Position numbers and translations under genes: made by a program. From Octopus vulgaris (taxonomy: Eukaryota), in contig OX597834.1 in NCBI GenBank assembly GCA_951406725.2, positions 20,832,001 to 20,896,000 of the forward strand: DNA of 64,000 bases, read 5' to 3'. The notes below the pieces were generated by a model. The model had not been told where the DNA came from. It saw only the letters and a list, made by a program, of their open reading frames with translations, and ran no database searches. Shown piece by piece: positions 24,912 through 38,052 of the stretch. The first letter of the stretch is position 1; each line of letters starts with the position of its first letter.

Positions 24912-25345
24912 GGTGGTGGTGGTTGTAGTAGTAGTAATAATATTAGTAGCAGCAGCAGTAGTACTAGTAGTAGTGATGATGGTGGTGGTGGTGGTGGTGG
25001 TGATGGTTGTAGTAGTAGTAGTGGTGGTGGTGGTGGTGGTGGTAGTAGTAGTAGTGCGGTGGTAGTAGTAGTAGTAGTAATGATGGTGGTGGTAGTAGTA
25101 GTAGTAGTAGTGATGGTGGTGGTGGTGGTGGTGGTAGTAGTAGTTGTTGTAGTAGTAGTGTTAGTGGTGGTGGTGGTAGCAGTGATGTAGTAGTAGGAGT
25201 AGTAGTGTTAGTGGTGGTGGTGGTGGTAGCAGTGATGTGGTAGTAGTAGTAGTAATAGTAGTAGTGATGGTGGTGGTGGTGGTGGTAGTAGTAGTAGTGG
25301 TGGTGGTGGTGGTGATGTTAGTGGTGGTGTTGTTGTTGGTGGTGT
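24840..25345. repeat. (GTA)n/(GGT)n trinucleotide tract
   Basis: Direct inspection. Confidence 0.95.
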
Positions 25346-25554
25346 TCCGCTGTATGAAAGAAAACCTACTTAGGGTTGCACAGGTGGTTCGTTGAGGAGG
25401 AAATGAAAATAAATGAACTGTTTTCTTCTCCAATGGATGGGAGGGATTTCATTTCTAAGTAAACAAACCCATCATTTATCAAAAAGGATCACTGTTTGGG
25501 GTCCCCACCCGTCCACGCACTATCCTCCATTCCCCATCCACGCACCCACTCTCT

Positions 25555-25648
25555 TCTTTTAATCACTTCTGTCTTTCAACTGTGGCCATGCTGGAGCACA
25601 GTTTTGATGGATTTCGTCAAATAAATCGACCCCAGTATTAATTTGTGG

Positions 25649-25688
<40 letters not shown>

Positions 25689-26357
25689 AAAGTCTTGTAT
25701 TTATTTTGTCTGTGTCTTTTGCTGACCTCTTAAATCTGGGGGAATGTAAACAAACCAACAGCAGTTGTCGAATGGGAGTGAGGACAAACACAAAGAAACA
25801 CAAAGCGCACTTATGTGTGTATATGAGTGTGTGTGTATGTATATGCATACATATATCTCTGTGTATGTGTGTTTATGTGTATATATATTCATACACACAC
25901 ACAGACACACACATATATATACATACATATATATATATTTATATATACATATGTGTTTGTGTATATATATATATTGACATGCACATATATATATATATAT
26001 ACACTCTGTAAAATGTTTGATGTTAGGAAGGGCATCCAGCTGTAGAACCCTTGCCAAAATAGACCATAGAAACCTGGTGTGGCTCCTGGCCTTGTCAGCT
26101 CCCGTCAAACCACCCAACCCATGCCAGCATGGAAAACTGACATCAAATAATGATGACAACGACGGTGATGATGACGAGGGTGGTATTGGCTTTCCACTCC
26201 GTCTCAGAAATTCACTCACAAGACATTGGTCAGGTCTGGGATCTATAACAACAAAACAAAACAAAACCCTTGGCCAACGTGAAACCCAGTGGGGACCAAA
26301 CCCATCATCCAATAGTTGCAAAAGCAAGCTTCTTAACCACACAGCCATTCCTGTGCT
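25555..26357 (-). mobile_element. Old SINE A interrupted by a plus-strand family C fragment (26001-26170)
   Basis: 3' half at 25555-25800, 5' half at 26190-26357; the C fragment sits in the internal microsatellite. Confidence 0.7.
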
Positions 26358-26399
26358 TATAAATTAGATAAAAATAGAAGAACTCAATGCAAAATGTAT

Positions 26400-26617
26400 T
26401 CTTTTACTCTTTTACTTGTTTCGGTCATTTTACCACGGCCATGCTGGAGCACTGCCTTGAGGGATTTAAACCGAACAAATTGATCCCAGAAACTTTTTTT
26501 TTAAGATCTAATAATTATTCTATCAGTCTCTTTTGCTGAACTGCTCAGTTATGGGGGTGTAAACACACCTACACTGGTTGTCAAGCAGTGGTGAGGGACA
26601 AACTCAGACACAAAGAC
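26400..26617 (-). mobile_element. SINE A 3' half
   Basis: cttttactcttttacttgtttcggtcatt...ggttgtcaagcagtgg. Confidence 0.85.
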
Positions 26618-26624
26618 AGGCATG

Positions 26625-26757
26625 TGCTTACCAACCACATGGTTCCAGGTTCAGTCCCACGGCATGGCACCTTGTGCAAGTGTCTTCTACTATAGCCTCG
26701 GGCCAGCCAAAGCCTTGTAAATGGATTTGGTAGATGGAAACTGAAAGAAGCCTATCG

Positions 26758-26804
<47 letters not shown>

Positions 26805-27002
26805 TTTTGTGTCTGTATCTTTCCCACCATCACTTGACAACTGATGTTGGTGTGTTTGCATACCAGTAACTTAGTGGTTCAGCAAAAGAGACTGATAGAA
26901 TTAATATTAGGCTTATAAAGAATAAGTCCTGGGGTAGATTTCCTCAACTAAAGGTGGTGCTCCAGCATAGCCACAGTCAAATGAATAAAACAAGTAAAAG
27001 AG
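26625..27002 (+). mobile_element. SINE A, nearly full length
   Basis: tgcttaccaaccacatggttccaggttcagtccc...caagtaaaagag. Confidence 0.9.
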
Positions 27003-27048
<46 letters not shown>

Positions 27049-27065
27049 TATATATGTATGTATAT

Positions 27066-27225
27066 AGTTAATCCGAACATGAAAACACAAAGAGAAAACA
27101 CAACAGCGCGAGGACCTGGAACAAGTATAGTATTATTGGACGCTCAGGAAAGAAGGAAAAAAGGAGGGCTTAACGTTTCAAGCGGAGCTCTTCGTCAGAA
27201 ACATAGGAAAAGGAAAGATCCAAAG
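27066..27225 (-). mobile_element. Family D2 TA-embedded element with canonical-core hammerhead (27168-27202)
   Basis: Minus strand: GUUU CUGACGA A GAGC ucc GCUU GAAAC GUU AAGC. Confidence 0.8.
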
Positions 27226-27792
27226 AGTATATATGATGGACTTCTTTCAGTTTCCATCAACCAAATCCACTCACAAGTCTTTGGTTGGCCTGAAATTTTA
27301 GTAAGAGACACTTGCCTGATGTGCCAGGCAGTGGGACTGAACCCAGAATCATGTAGTTGGGAATCAAGCTTCCTACCACACAGCCACACCTGTGCCTACT
27401 CTTTTTTTCTCTTTTACTCTTTTACTTGTTTCAGTCATTTGACTGCGGCCATGCTGGAGCACCGCCTTTAGTCGAGCAAATCGACCCCGGGACTTATTCT
27501 TTGTAAGCCCAGTGCTTATTCTATCGGTCTCTTTTGCCGAACTGCTAAGTGACGGGGACGTAAACACACCAGCATCGGTTGTCAAGCAATGCTAGGGGGA
27601 CAAACACAGACACACAAACACACACACACACATATACATATATACGACAGGCTTCTTTCAGTTTCTGTCTACCAAATCCACTCACAAGGCATTGGTCGGC
27701 CCGGGGCAATAGCAGAAGACACTTGCCCAAGATGCCACGCAGTGGGACTGAACCCGGAACCATGTGGTTGGTGAGCAAGCTACTTACCACAC
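27226..27792 (-). mobile_element. SINE A 5' half (27226-27397) followed by a young near-full copy (27398-27792)
   Basis: High similarity to 2578-3004. Confidence 0.9.
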
Positions 27793-28181
27793 ATGTATGC
27801 AAATATAAAACACTTTATTGAAATAGATGGCTTCCTGAGTCACATGCCTGAAAATGACGACGACACAACAAATGATGTAGTCCTAGGTGTATTATGCCAA
27901 AGAAATACGTTGATCACAGCTGCTGCGATGCCTTTGTTTATAGGACAGATTGTTTTTCTCGGTGAAGGCAGACCTTGGGCTAAACGGCAATAACAGCTAG
28001 CTGCCCTCTCTGCTGGATTTTCTTTCCAAAGATTTTCTTTCAAGCTGTAATCACAGGTGACCCCTAAAACCCCTGACTCCCTTTTCCTCCTTCCTTCCTT
28101 CCTCTCTTCTCTCCTTCCTTCCTTTCTTTTCAGTGAATGGTTTAGCTGTCAGGGTAGCAAATCACTGAAGAAATCATTTGA

Positions 28182-28183
<2 letters not shown>

Positions 28184-28214
<31 letters not shown>

Positions 28215-28820
28215 GACGGTGCTGGTGGTGGTGGTGACGGTGCTGGTGTTGGTGGTGGTGGTAAAGATAGGAGTGATGATGGTGACAATGTTGTTAGTGG
28301 TGGCGATGATGATGGTAGTGGTGCTGGTGATGTCCTCTGTGGTGATGGTCATGCTGATATTGGTGGAATCGCTGGTAGTGACGGTGGTTGTGGTGGTGGT
28401 AGCAGTAGTGGTTGTGGTGTGGATGTTGAAGACATCGGTGTTGTTGTCGATGGTGTAAGTAATATTAGCAATTTTGGTGGTGGTGATGGCAGTGTTGGTG
28501 ATGGTGGTAGTGTCAGTGGTAGTGGTGTCGGCGGCGGTGGTGGTGGTGGTGCTGGCAGCAGTGATGTCGGCAGTGTCAGTGGTGGTGGTGATGGTGTCAG
28601 TTGTGGTGGTAGTAGTGTCAGAGGTGTTGGTGTCGGCAGTGTCAGTGGTGGTGGTGATGGTGTCAGTGATGGTGGCAGTTGTGGTGGTAGTAGTGTTAGA
28701 GGTGTTGGTGTTGGTGGTGGTGGTGGTGGTGGTGTTAGTAGTGTCGGCGGTGTTACTGGTGGTGACGGCGGTGGTGGTGGTGGTGGTGGCGTTGGCAGAG
28801 TCAGTGATTGTGGTGGCCGG
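28184..28820. repeat. Degenerate (GGT)n-rich trinucleotide tract
   Basis: Direct inspection; open in several frames. Confidence 0.9.
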
Positions 28821-28904
28821 TTTAGTAATTTAGTTTAAAGAGACCAGGAAGATGTCTTAAAATCCAAATATAATAATGTCACTGGTTATTCTCTCCCTCC
28901 CTCT

Positions 28905-28940
<36 letters not shown>

Positions 28941-29328
28941 TGTAATGAGGTTTGTTTATTCTCCCGCTCAAAAGGAGTCACTCATGCAGAGATAGAAATT
29001 TCCAGATTCAATCGCAGGTGTATATCCATGGGTGTGTGTGTTTCTGTATGTGTATAGAACATGCATCCATATGTGTCTGTGTGTGCGTGTGCTGATGATC
29101 TCTTCTGCCTGGCTGATATCTAAGACATAGATACACACACGCACACACACATACACACACACACACACACATACACATGCACTCACATTATTATCTGTTC
29201 ATGTACGTATGCATGTTTGCACACGCTCATGTGTTTGTGTATAAGTATCTATCTATCTATCTCTGCAACTATCCACCTATCCGTCTCTATCTCCATCTCT
29301 CTCTCTCACCATCTATCCATCAGTTCAC

Positions 29329-29380
<52 letters not shown>

Positions 29381-29422
29381 CTATTTATGCATCCATTTTC
29401 TCCCTGATGTATGTATATATAC

Positions 29423-29456
<34 letters not shown>

Positions 29457-29647
29457 CCATCTCTCTCTCTCTCCTATCTATCCATCCATTTGTTTCAATA
29501 CCTATCTATCTATCCCCCTTTCTCTCTCCTTCTCACCACTGTCTCTCTTTCTTTGTGTATTTATCTATCTGTCTATCTGTTCATCCATCCATCCACCCAT
29601 CTCTCTGGCTATTTCTCTATCTATCCATCAATCTATATATCAATCTC

Positions 29648-29705
<58 letters not shown>

Positions 29706-30223
29706 CATCCATCCATCCATCCCCCCCTCCATCTATCTATCTCTCTATCTATCTATCTAACTGTTCATCCCCCCCCATCCATCCATGAATATATCAATCT
29801 ACCTACCTGTCTATCTGTCCTCCAACCCTCTTTCCATCCATCTATCTATCTAGCTAGCTAGTTGCCTACCTATCTACTTATCTACCTATCTACCTGTCTA
29901 CTTACTTACCTGTCTACCTATCCACCCATCCATCCGTCCGTCCATCCATCCATCCCACCCCTCACACATACACAATTTAATTCAGTACCTGCTTCTCAAC
30001 ATTCTCATCTACTGAAAATCATAAAAGGCTCTATATATTTGCATGTTCTATCATTGAACAAAATGCATTGCAGTATTTGTCTCAATCCTAAATGTTGTGA
30101 GTTCAAATCCTGACAAGGTCAGTTTCTCCTTTCATCCTTTCAAAGTTAATAAAATAAAGAATCACTTTTAAACTGGGGTCAATGATAATCACTGACCATT
30201 TGCCCAAGTCAGAAACAACTATA

Positions 30224-30625
30224 GGCACAGACACGGCTGTGTGGTAAGAAGCTTGCTTCCCAACCACATGGTTCTGGGTTCAGTCCCATTATATGGCACG
30301 TTGGGCAAGTATCTTCTAATATAGCCTCAGGCTGACCAAAACTTAGCGAATAGATTTAGTGGACAGAAACTGAAAGAAGCCCTTTGAATGTGTGTGTGTG
30401 TATGTTTGTCTGTCTGTCTGTCTTTGTGTCTATGTTTGTCTCCCACCATTGTTTGACAACCGGTGTTGGTGTGTTTCCATCCCCCGTAAGTCAGTGATTT
30501 GGCAAAAAGAGACCAGTATAATAAGCTTCACCAACATAAGCACTGGGTTCGATTCACTCAACTAAAAATGCCGCAAGGCAGTGCTCCAGCATGGCCACGG
30601 TGTAATGACTGAAACAAGTAAAAGA
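30224..30625 (+). mobile_element. Full-length SINE A
   Basis: ggcacagacacggctgtgtggtaag (box A), gggttcagtccc (box B), tail gactgaaacaagtaaaaga. Confidence 0.9.
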
Positions 30626-30669
30626 CAAACGATAACTACCAGCCACCCCACTCCCACAAATTTGTCTAA

Positions 30670-31125
30670 AGATCGAGGTGGGTGTGAGTGACTGCAGCAA
30701 AAATGGTTAGGGTCAATGGAACTGCCCTAAATATGCTCCTGTAGATTGGAGGACAATGATGGTTAGGTGAGGACTCGTGACCTTCATTATCGAGGTCATT
30801 TTAGATCTGTAAGTTTTCCTTGATTCACCCTCGGGTAGAGGCTTTCCTATACAGGGAGAACTGCATCATACATGTGGTCACATATTTTATATATTATGTG
30901 TGTCTCTTTAGGGTTTTTTTGCCTTATTTCCACACCCTCTTTGAATGTAACCCCCTCCCCATAAATCCTTAACTTCCTTGTACTGTTTTTTTCATCTGAT
31001 GCCTCAGTGACAAAGAAAAGTCGTTTTTTTTCATCATTTCATTATAAGTAACCCCAACCTCCACTTTCTGTCTGTCTTTGTATTGTCCCCCTTGTCCTTT
31101 GCCCTTGAGGCAAATAAATAAAATC
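30670..31125 (+). mobile_element. Probable LINE 3' end (L1/Tx1-like): short ORF end plus pyrimidine-rich 3' UTR
   Basis: RWV*VTAAKMVRVNGTALNMLL*, then a UTR ending ttgtcccccttgtcctttgcccttgaggcaaataaataaa before an (ATC/ATT)n tract. Confidence 0.45.
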
Positions 31126-31218
31126 ATCATCATTATTATTATTATTATTATCATTAATACTTTTATTATCATAATTATTATCATCATCATCATCGGTAGT
31201 AGTAGTACTTGTAGTAGT

Positions 31219-31472
31219 AAGGCCGCCAGCTGGCAGAATTGCTCTGAGTTCAAATTCCATCAAGGTTGACTTTGGCTTTAGTCTTTTTGGGCTCAATGCA
31301 ATAAGTACCAGTTAATCACTGGGGTCGATGTAATCAAGAAGCCCCCACACCGCCCCTTTAGAAGAAAGGATTGTCATTATTATTATTAGTAGTAGTATTT
31401 CCACCGAGGTTAACCTTGCCTTTCATCCTTTCGGGGTTGATAAAATAAGTACCAGTTGCATACTGGGGTCGA
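31219..31472 (+). mobile_element. Two partial SINE B copies
   Basis: aaggccgccagctggcagaat...gagttcaaattcc...aagtaccagtt...actggggtcgat. Confidence 0.8.
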
Positions 31473-31830
31473 TGGTGAAGTATTAAAGAATAACTTCAAT
31501 ATGCTGAACCTTTTAGGCGAGATGACAAAGGAGCAAGATGTCTGAGGCCTTGCTGTACCCAAGAAGACCCGTATCCCAAAACCGAAGTGTCAAGACCAGC
31601 CCTTCTGATGGTAAAATGCATTCATGGCATTGCCATGTAAAGACACCCATGCTGTCCCACATAAAAGCACCTGTGCAGTGCCCCATATAAAAGCACCCAG
31701 TACACTCTGTAAAGTGGTTGGCATTAGGAAGGGCATCCAGCTGTAGAAACCATGCCAAAACAGACTGGACTCTGGTGCAGCCTTCCATGCTTGCAAGTTC
31801 TGGTAAAACCAGCAAGAATCCAATGGTTGG
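31473..31830 (+). mobile_element. RTE LINE ORF end running into the family C 3' UTR
   Basis: GEVLKNNFNMLNLLGEMTKEQDV*GLAVPKKTR, then aaaagcacc units and ggaagggcatccagctgtagaaac. Confidence 0.7.
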
Positions 31831-32110
31831 GTGATTTGCCCTACTATCTTCACCAGAGCCTTTGTTAACATACTGGGAATTCGACCCAGTATTTCCACCT
31901 GTGGAACTGTATTGAGGTGGGAGTTGGGCTATGGTTTGTGCAGTCTGTGAGATATCCCTCAATGAAATGCTTCCAGTGACTGAAGCTGGAAATGAGGGGG
32001 GAAGCCTTAGTAAACTATGTCTGCCAATCACTGACTACACCCCCTTTTTCTCTCTATTATTCATATGATATTTCTTTGTTGAATTTTGAATAATCAGTAT
32101 TGATACATAC

Positions 32111-32167
<57 letters not shown>

Positions 32168-32236
32168 TACACACACACATTTATATATATATATATATAT
32201 ATACAATAATGAGGATAATGAAATATAAATACTTTT

Positions 32237-32277
<41 letters not shown>

Positions 32278-32295
32278 GTATATATATGTATGTAT

Positions 32296-32334
<39 letters not shown>

Positions 32335-32431
32335 TATATACATATATGTATTTATGTATAAACATAATGAAATGTAGACATAAACTATGAAATTGCTACA
32401 TATATCTGAACAATGATCTACTTCTTACGGC

Positions 32432-32471
<40 letters not shown>

Positions 32472-33834
32472 TCAATGTCAATAACGATGATGATGGTAAT
32501 AATAACAACAATAACGGGGCTGGGTCGGTAGGGGGAAGTTTTTGTCCTTTGTTTTCTCGCCTGACTCAGTTGTTGAGATAGTAGGTTTATGACACACATG
32601 ACCAGCCTCTTTTGAAAAACACAGTCAACGACATTGTATCCATTCTGACTATTTGTCCCCTCCCCCCCACTTTTCTCTTCCTCACCCTTTGATCACCCCC
32701 ACCCACCCCACTTTTTTATTATTCAGTAATGTCCCCTATTTTATTTACCTCCTTCCTCTCTCTCCCCCACATGCCACCACCTCAAAACATAGTTCCTCTG
32801 AGCCTGCATCTATGGCGCTCATCAGTGCATGGCTGTGTTTGTGTTCGAAGTTCAATGATGCATGACCGACTGGATGGAGTTGGCTTTCTTTTCTCCGAAT
32901 CTATTTGCAAAAAGCGGCATTTTTCTAAAGACTTTATGGCATTCCACTGACTAATAACAGAAACATCATGGCAAATGAATTCCAAAAAGAACTAGGCCAT
33001 ACAGCCGTAAAACGCTTTCTTCTTTTCTGCAAATTCCTCCCTCAACCCTCGTTTATTTTCTATGTCCAAAATCTGGATTCCGGAGAAAAATCCAATCGTG
33101 CATGTTTGAGTCTCAACAGTTGATTTTACAAGAATTAACCATGATGGAATGTGAACATTTTTTTCTTTGTTTCATCCTATTCTTTTGTTGCTGTATGCTT
33201 TGGCTTTTTATTTCTAAGCTCTTACCAAACCGTCTCTTCTCCCTTCTATTCCAAAAATTCCTTCATTTTTGTTGAGATGCAATAAAATGTATTTGAAATT
33301 CATTTTTCTATTTATTATGCTTTTTGAGATCAGATAAGACTGAGTTTTTGTTTGCATAGTCTGACCAACTTATCTTATCTTCTAATCAAATCGAAGTAGA
33401 ATTCGTAGTCAAAGATATCTAAACTGATTTTCTTTGAATTCTTCTCACCATTCTCAAGGTTTTTTTTTTTGGTTTTTTTTTTTGCCAGTTGCAGCAGAGA
33501 AGAGAGACGTCACTTTTGAGCATTTTTTATCATTATCTATCCAGATTTTTATTGGAGAAATTATATATACAGAGATATGCAGAAAAACAATATTGTTTAG
33601 ACAAAAAAATTCTTTGGGAAAAAATAAAGAAAATAGAAAAGTGAAATAAAAGTCTGGTCTGTAATAAAATCTCTGGATGCAGACATATCTGTATGGTTAA
33701 GTCAGAAGCTAGCTTTGCAATCACATGTTCTTCAGTTCAATCCTACCATGCAGAGTCTTGGATGTCTTGGACAAGTATCTTCTTCTCTAACCTCAGACCG
33801 AACACTGTGTAGAAGCTCAGTATTTTTGTATTGG

Positions 33835-34150
33835 GCCCCATGGAGGCAAAGTGGCTGAGCTACTTCTCAGTGTTGAGCCTCACAAGGGCAATGACCAAGA
33901 CCTTTGGCATTATGTCATGCTTGAGAAGAAAACCCATCAAGCTGAGCAAAATTGCAGTCATGGCAGATACTGGTGGCATGTAATAGCATCCATTACACTC
34001 TCAGAGTGGTTGGCGTTAGGAAGGGCAGCCAGCTGTAGAAAACCACGCCAAACCAGGGTGGGGCCTGGCACAGCCTTCCAGCATGCCAGCCCACTCAAAC
34101 CGTCCAACCCATGCCAGCATGGACAACGGATGCTAAATGATGATGATGAT
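33835..34150 (+). mobile_element. RTE LINE ORF end plus family C 3' UTR
   Basis: DQDLWHYVMLEKKTHQA, then family C body and (GAT)n tail. Confidence 0.75.
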
Positions 34151-34175
34151 GTATGTGTGTGTGTGTGTATATATA

Positions 34176-34211
<36 letters not shown>

Positions 34212-34664
34212 TAATTAGTGGGGTTGACAACTCAGTACTATTATATATAAGCATGTTGCTTAATTAGTTGTTTAGTCCCAGGTAAGATCTTAGCCTGTAG
34301 GTCTATCATCAAAAAGCATCCCAATTATGACCATCTAGTCCTTCTTGGTTTGGATATTGTGTATCTACGACAACATTATCTAATGTGTCCAACCAATGCC
34401 ACCAATGAAAGCCAATATAAAATGATGAATGATAATCTCCTTCATTTTTTATGTAACTTATAAGAGTTATGGCTGCTGTTTCTTGTAGATTCAGTGACCA
34501 CATTGAAGCATTGTTTGACGTATCAGAGGCCATAAACTTGTCAAGAGAAAAGTTTTGCTTGATTTAATGCTTGAAGTTTAAATCTCTCTCTGTTTGAGTG
34601 TTCACTAATATACACCAGTCGATACTTACACAGATGCACACACACGCATCACAAGATAGGTAAG

Positions 34665-34772
34665 GAGATAGATAGACAGGTAGATATGCAGTTAGATAGG
34701 AAGGTAGATGAATGGATGGATGGATGGATGGGTAAATAGATAAGTATGGAGTTAGATAGATATGGAGATAGA

Positions 34773-34824
<52 letters not shown>

Positions 34825-35350
34825 TAGATAGACAAATAGATAGATAGACAAATAAATAGATAGATAGATAGATAGATAGATAGGCCAATGAATGGATGGA
34901 CAGATAAACAGACAGACAGGCAGACAGACAAACAGACAGACAGATAAATAGATAGAAATACAGTTAGTCTAATAAATGAATACACCGTTAGATAGATAAG
35001 TAGATATGTAGTTAGATAGGCATATATGTAGACAGACAGACATAGCCAGATACAGACAGACAGACAGGCACAGACAGACAGACAGACGGTAGGTAGGTAG
35101 GTAGAGACAGACAGACAAATAGACATAAAGATAGATAGGTAGGTAGGTAGGTAGGCAGACAAACTGATAGATAGATAGATAGATAGATAGATAGGTAGAC
35201 AGACAGACAGACAGGCAGGCAGGCAGGCAGGCAGACAGACAGATAGATGGACAAACAAAGAGAAGTAAACAGATTCACAGTTAGATACATAGATACATAG
35301 GTAGCTATCTATCTATCTATCTGGCAATAGGTAGAGAGATAGATAGGTAG
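34665..35350. repeat. (TAGA)/(CAGA)/(TAGG) tract
   Basis: Direct inspection. Confidence 0.95.
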
Positions 35351-35684
35351 ATACCTACCAATCACCATCATAATCTGGCTCATTGCATCAATGAAATTAT
35401 TTGCTGTGCTAGAATTAACAGCCGAGCCTTCTTGAAATCCCTCACTCCAGTCACCCCAAGAAAAGATGGACATACCGGCTGAAGACATCTGAGATGCTCT
35501 GTGTTTGTGTATCAAGTTTGTAATTTGGTTTTCAGTTGGATGCTCTTGGTATTACCTGACACTCCAGTTACATGAAGTAGGGAGTGAAACGTGGGTCTTG
35601 TGTGTTCAGTCAGGCAAACTGGAGCATGCAGATTTCAAGTGCATTGTATAGGAGCACCATAAATTGGCTGCAGGTGTTTGCAAG

Positions 35685-35759
<75 letters not shown>

Positions 35760-36009
35760 TTGTATGAATGTCCAGGACTGACCTTAAAGCTATTGTCGGA
35801 CAGAAAAATAGATGCATAATCAGCCAGGAAGTGTGGCAGGCACACATAGAAATGTTTTGATGCTTAAATAGATTGACAGACAGGTGGATGCACAGAGAGG
35901 TAGATGGTTGGAGGGGGATGGATAGATGGATAAGTAGGAAGGTGGGGAGGAAAACAGATAGATAGATAGACAGACAAATAGGTAGATAGATAGATAGATA
36001 GATAGACAT

Positions 36010-36211
36010 ACTCTTTTACTCTTTTACTTGTTTCAGTCATTTGACTGCGGCTATGCTGGAGCACCACCTTTAGTCGAGCAAATCAACCCCAGGACTTATT
36101 CTTTGTAAGCCCAGTACTTATTCTATCGGTCTCTTTTGCCGAACCGCTAAGTGACGGGGACGTAAGCACACCAACATCGGTTGTCAAGCAATGCTAGGGG
36201 GACAAACACAG

Positions 36212-36256
<45 letters not shown>

Positions 36257-36406
36257 TATGACAGGCTTCTTTCAGTTTCCGTCTCCCAAACCCACTCACA
36301 AGGCATTGGTTGGCCCAGGGCTATAGCAGAAGACACTTGCCCAAGATGCCACACAGTGGGACTGAACCTGGAACCATGTGGTTGGTTAGCAAGCTACTTA
36401 CCACAC
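36010..36406 (-). mobile_element. Near full-length young SINE A
   Basis: High similarity to 27398-27792. Confidence 0.9.
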
Positions 36407-36475
36407 TTATATTATGGCACAAAGAATTTCACAAATACAGGGAAATAAAAGAGTACTCAATTCATGTTATAGAGT

Positions 36476-36509
<34 letters not shown>

Positions 36510-36945
36510 CGGCAATAAGAAAATGGAGGGGATAAAGAGATGGTATTCATCAACTTTTAGACATTATATTATGTCTATTTATTAATTTAAAAAAAAAGCA
36601 ATCATAACAATATACATACATGTATAACATATTATGCTTTATATATATAAAAATACCAGCAATTATTAAAATATATAACATAGAACATAATATATGCATA
36701 TAGGGGTACAGAACGTTTTTTTTTTTTTTTTGAGGAGATAGCAACAGTGATCAACTGGTACTTATTCTATTGACCCAGAAGGGGATGATAGGCTGAGTTA
36801 ATCTCTGTGTAATTTGAACTTGTAATGTAAAGACTGGCAAAATGCTGCCAAGCATTTTGTCTGGCTAGCTAACGATTCTGCCAGCTTGTTGCCTTAATTG
36901 TTTTTGCAATTTAATAATGATAATGTGAATTACAAATACAATACG

Positions 36946-37378
36946 GGGATCTTTTCGGTTTGAACGGCAGTTTTTAACATAATTTCTAGGTAACTAAAAA
37001 ATTTTTAACTTCGTATACTGGTAGAATGTGTTTATAAAACATCTTCTTCTCTTGGCTTTATTGAGAAAATTCTATAGTTTGTGAGATATTTGTTGTTTTT
37101 TTTCTTCAATTTCTGCAATTTCAACCAATCAATGACGCCCATTGAGGTAAAAAACATTCTCCGCCCGTATGAATATGTCCCTCGTTTAAGAAACAGATTG
37201 GGTTTATTTACATTTGTGAAGAAAAAAATACCCTTCCCACACCCCTTACCCTAACCCTAACTAACCCTAACCCTGAAACAGATTGAAATGCAATAGATCG
37301 ATACTAGGGTCATAATTATGGGTGACAATTTCATATGACACCGCTAGGAAAAACTGCCGTTCAAGCCGAAAAGATCCC
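36946..37378. mobile_element. 433-bp MITE with 30-bp TIRs and internal telomeric repeats
   Basis: gggatcttttcggtttgaacggcagttttt (36946-36975) versus aaaaactgccgttcaagccgaaaagatccc (37349-37378), one mismatch; (CCCTAA)n at about 37243-37275. Confidence 0.9.
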
Positions 37379-37911
37379 AATAATGCTGTTGTTGGTGTTG
37401 GTGTTGGTGGTGGTGTTTTAGTATCATTTCACTGCAACAGTTTGAATCGAGAAGGAATGAAACCAAATTTCAACGAGACCCCTAATTCAATGTAAGCAAC
37501 ATATTGGACGTAAAAGTGTAGATTCTCACTTACTTGGAATGAAATTACCATGAAGACTTTCGAAAGACTTTAATTGATTACCAGGAAGTAGATAGAATTG
37601 GGCACTTGAATATATACATGCATGGAGAGATAATATCGAGTTGGGCATGGATTGATGGTGGTGGCTATGGGTGGAGGGGGTCGAATGGAGGGTGTGGGGT
37701 GTTTGGTGGTTGTATCACAGTGTTTCCGTTTGGGAAAGGATGTGCATGTCTGTGTATCTCTCTCTCTCCCTCTCTCCCTCTCCCTCTCTCCCTCTCCCTC
37801 TCTTCCTCTGTCTTTCGCTATCATGTGTCGATGTTTATGTTTGTAAGATGTTATTAAGTAGCAAATCTGTCATTTGTTTTGTGTGTTTATGTGGGGTGGG
37901 GGTATATATAC

Positions 37912-37948
<37 letters not shown>

Positions 37949-38014
37949 CATCTGCACTTTCATGTTAGGAACAAAGTGTATGTATTAGTGTGTAAGTGTG
38001 TGTGTGTATGTATG

Positions 38015-38051
<37 letters not shown>

Positions 38052-38052
<1 letters not shown>

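Noticed and set aside
28419-28838. Gly-rich ORF resembling a structural protein
   Set aside because: Degenerate (GGT)n tract open in several frames on both strands; no ATG start, signal peptide or splice signals
31840-32031. Protein-like S/T/G/Q-rich reading in the 172-aa minus ORF
   Set aside because: No acceptor site upstream, and the ORF runs into a family C repeat
37243-37275. Chromosome end or fusion scar
   Set aside because: Only about five units, located inside a TIR-bounded element
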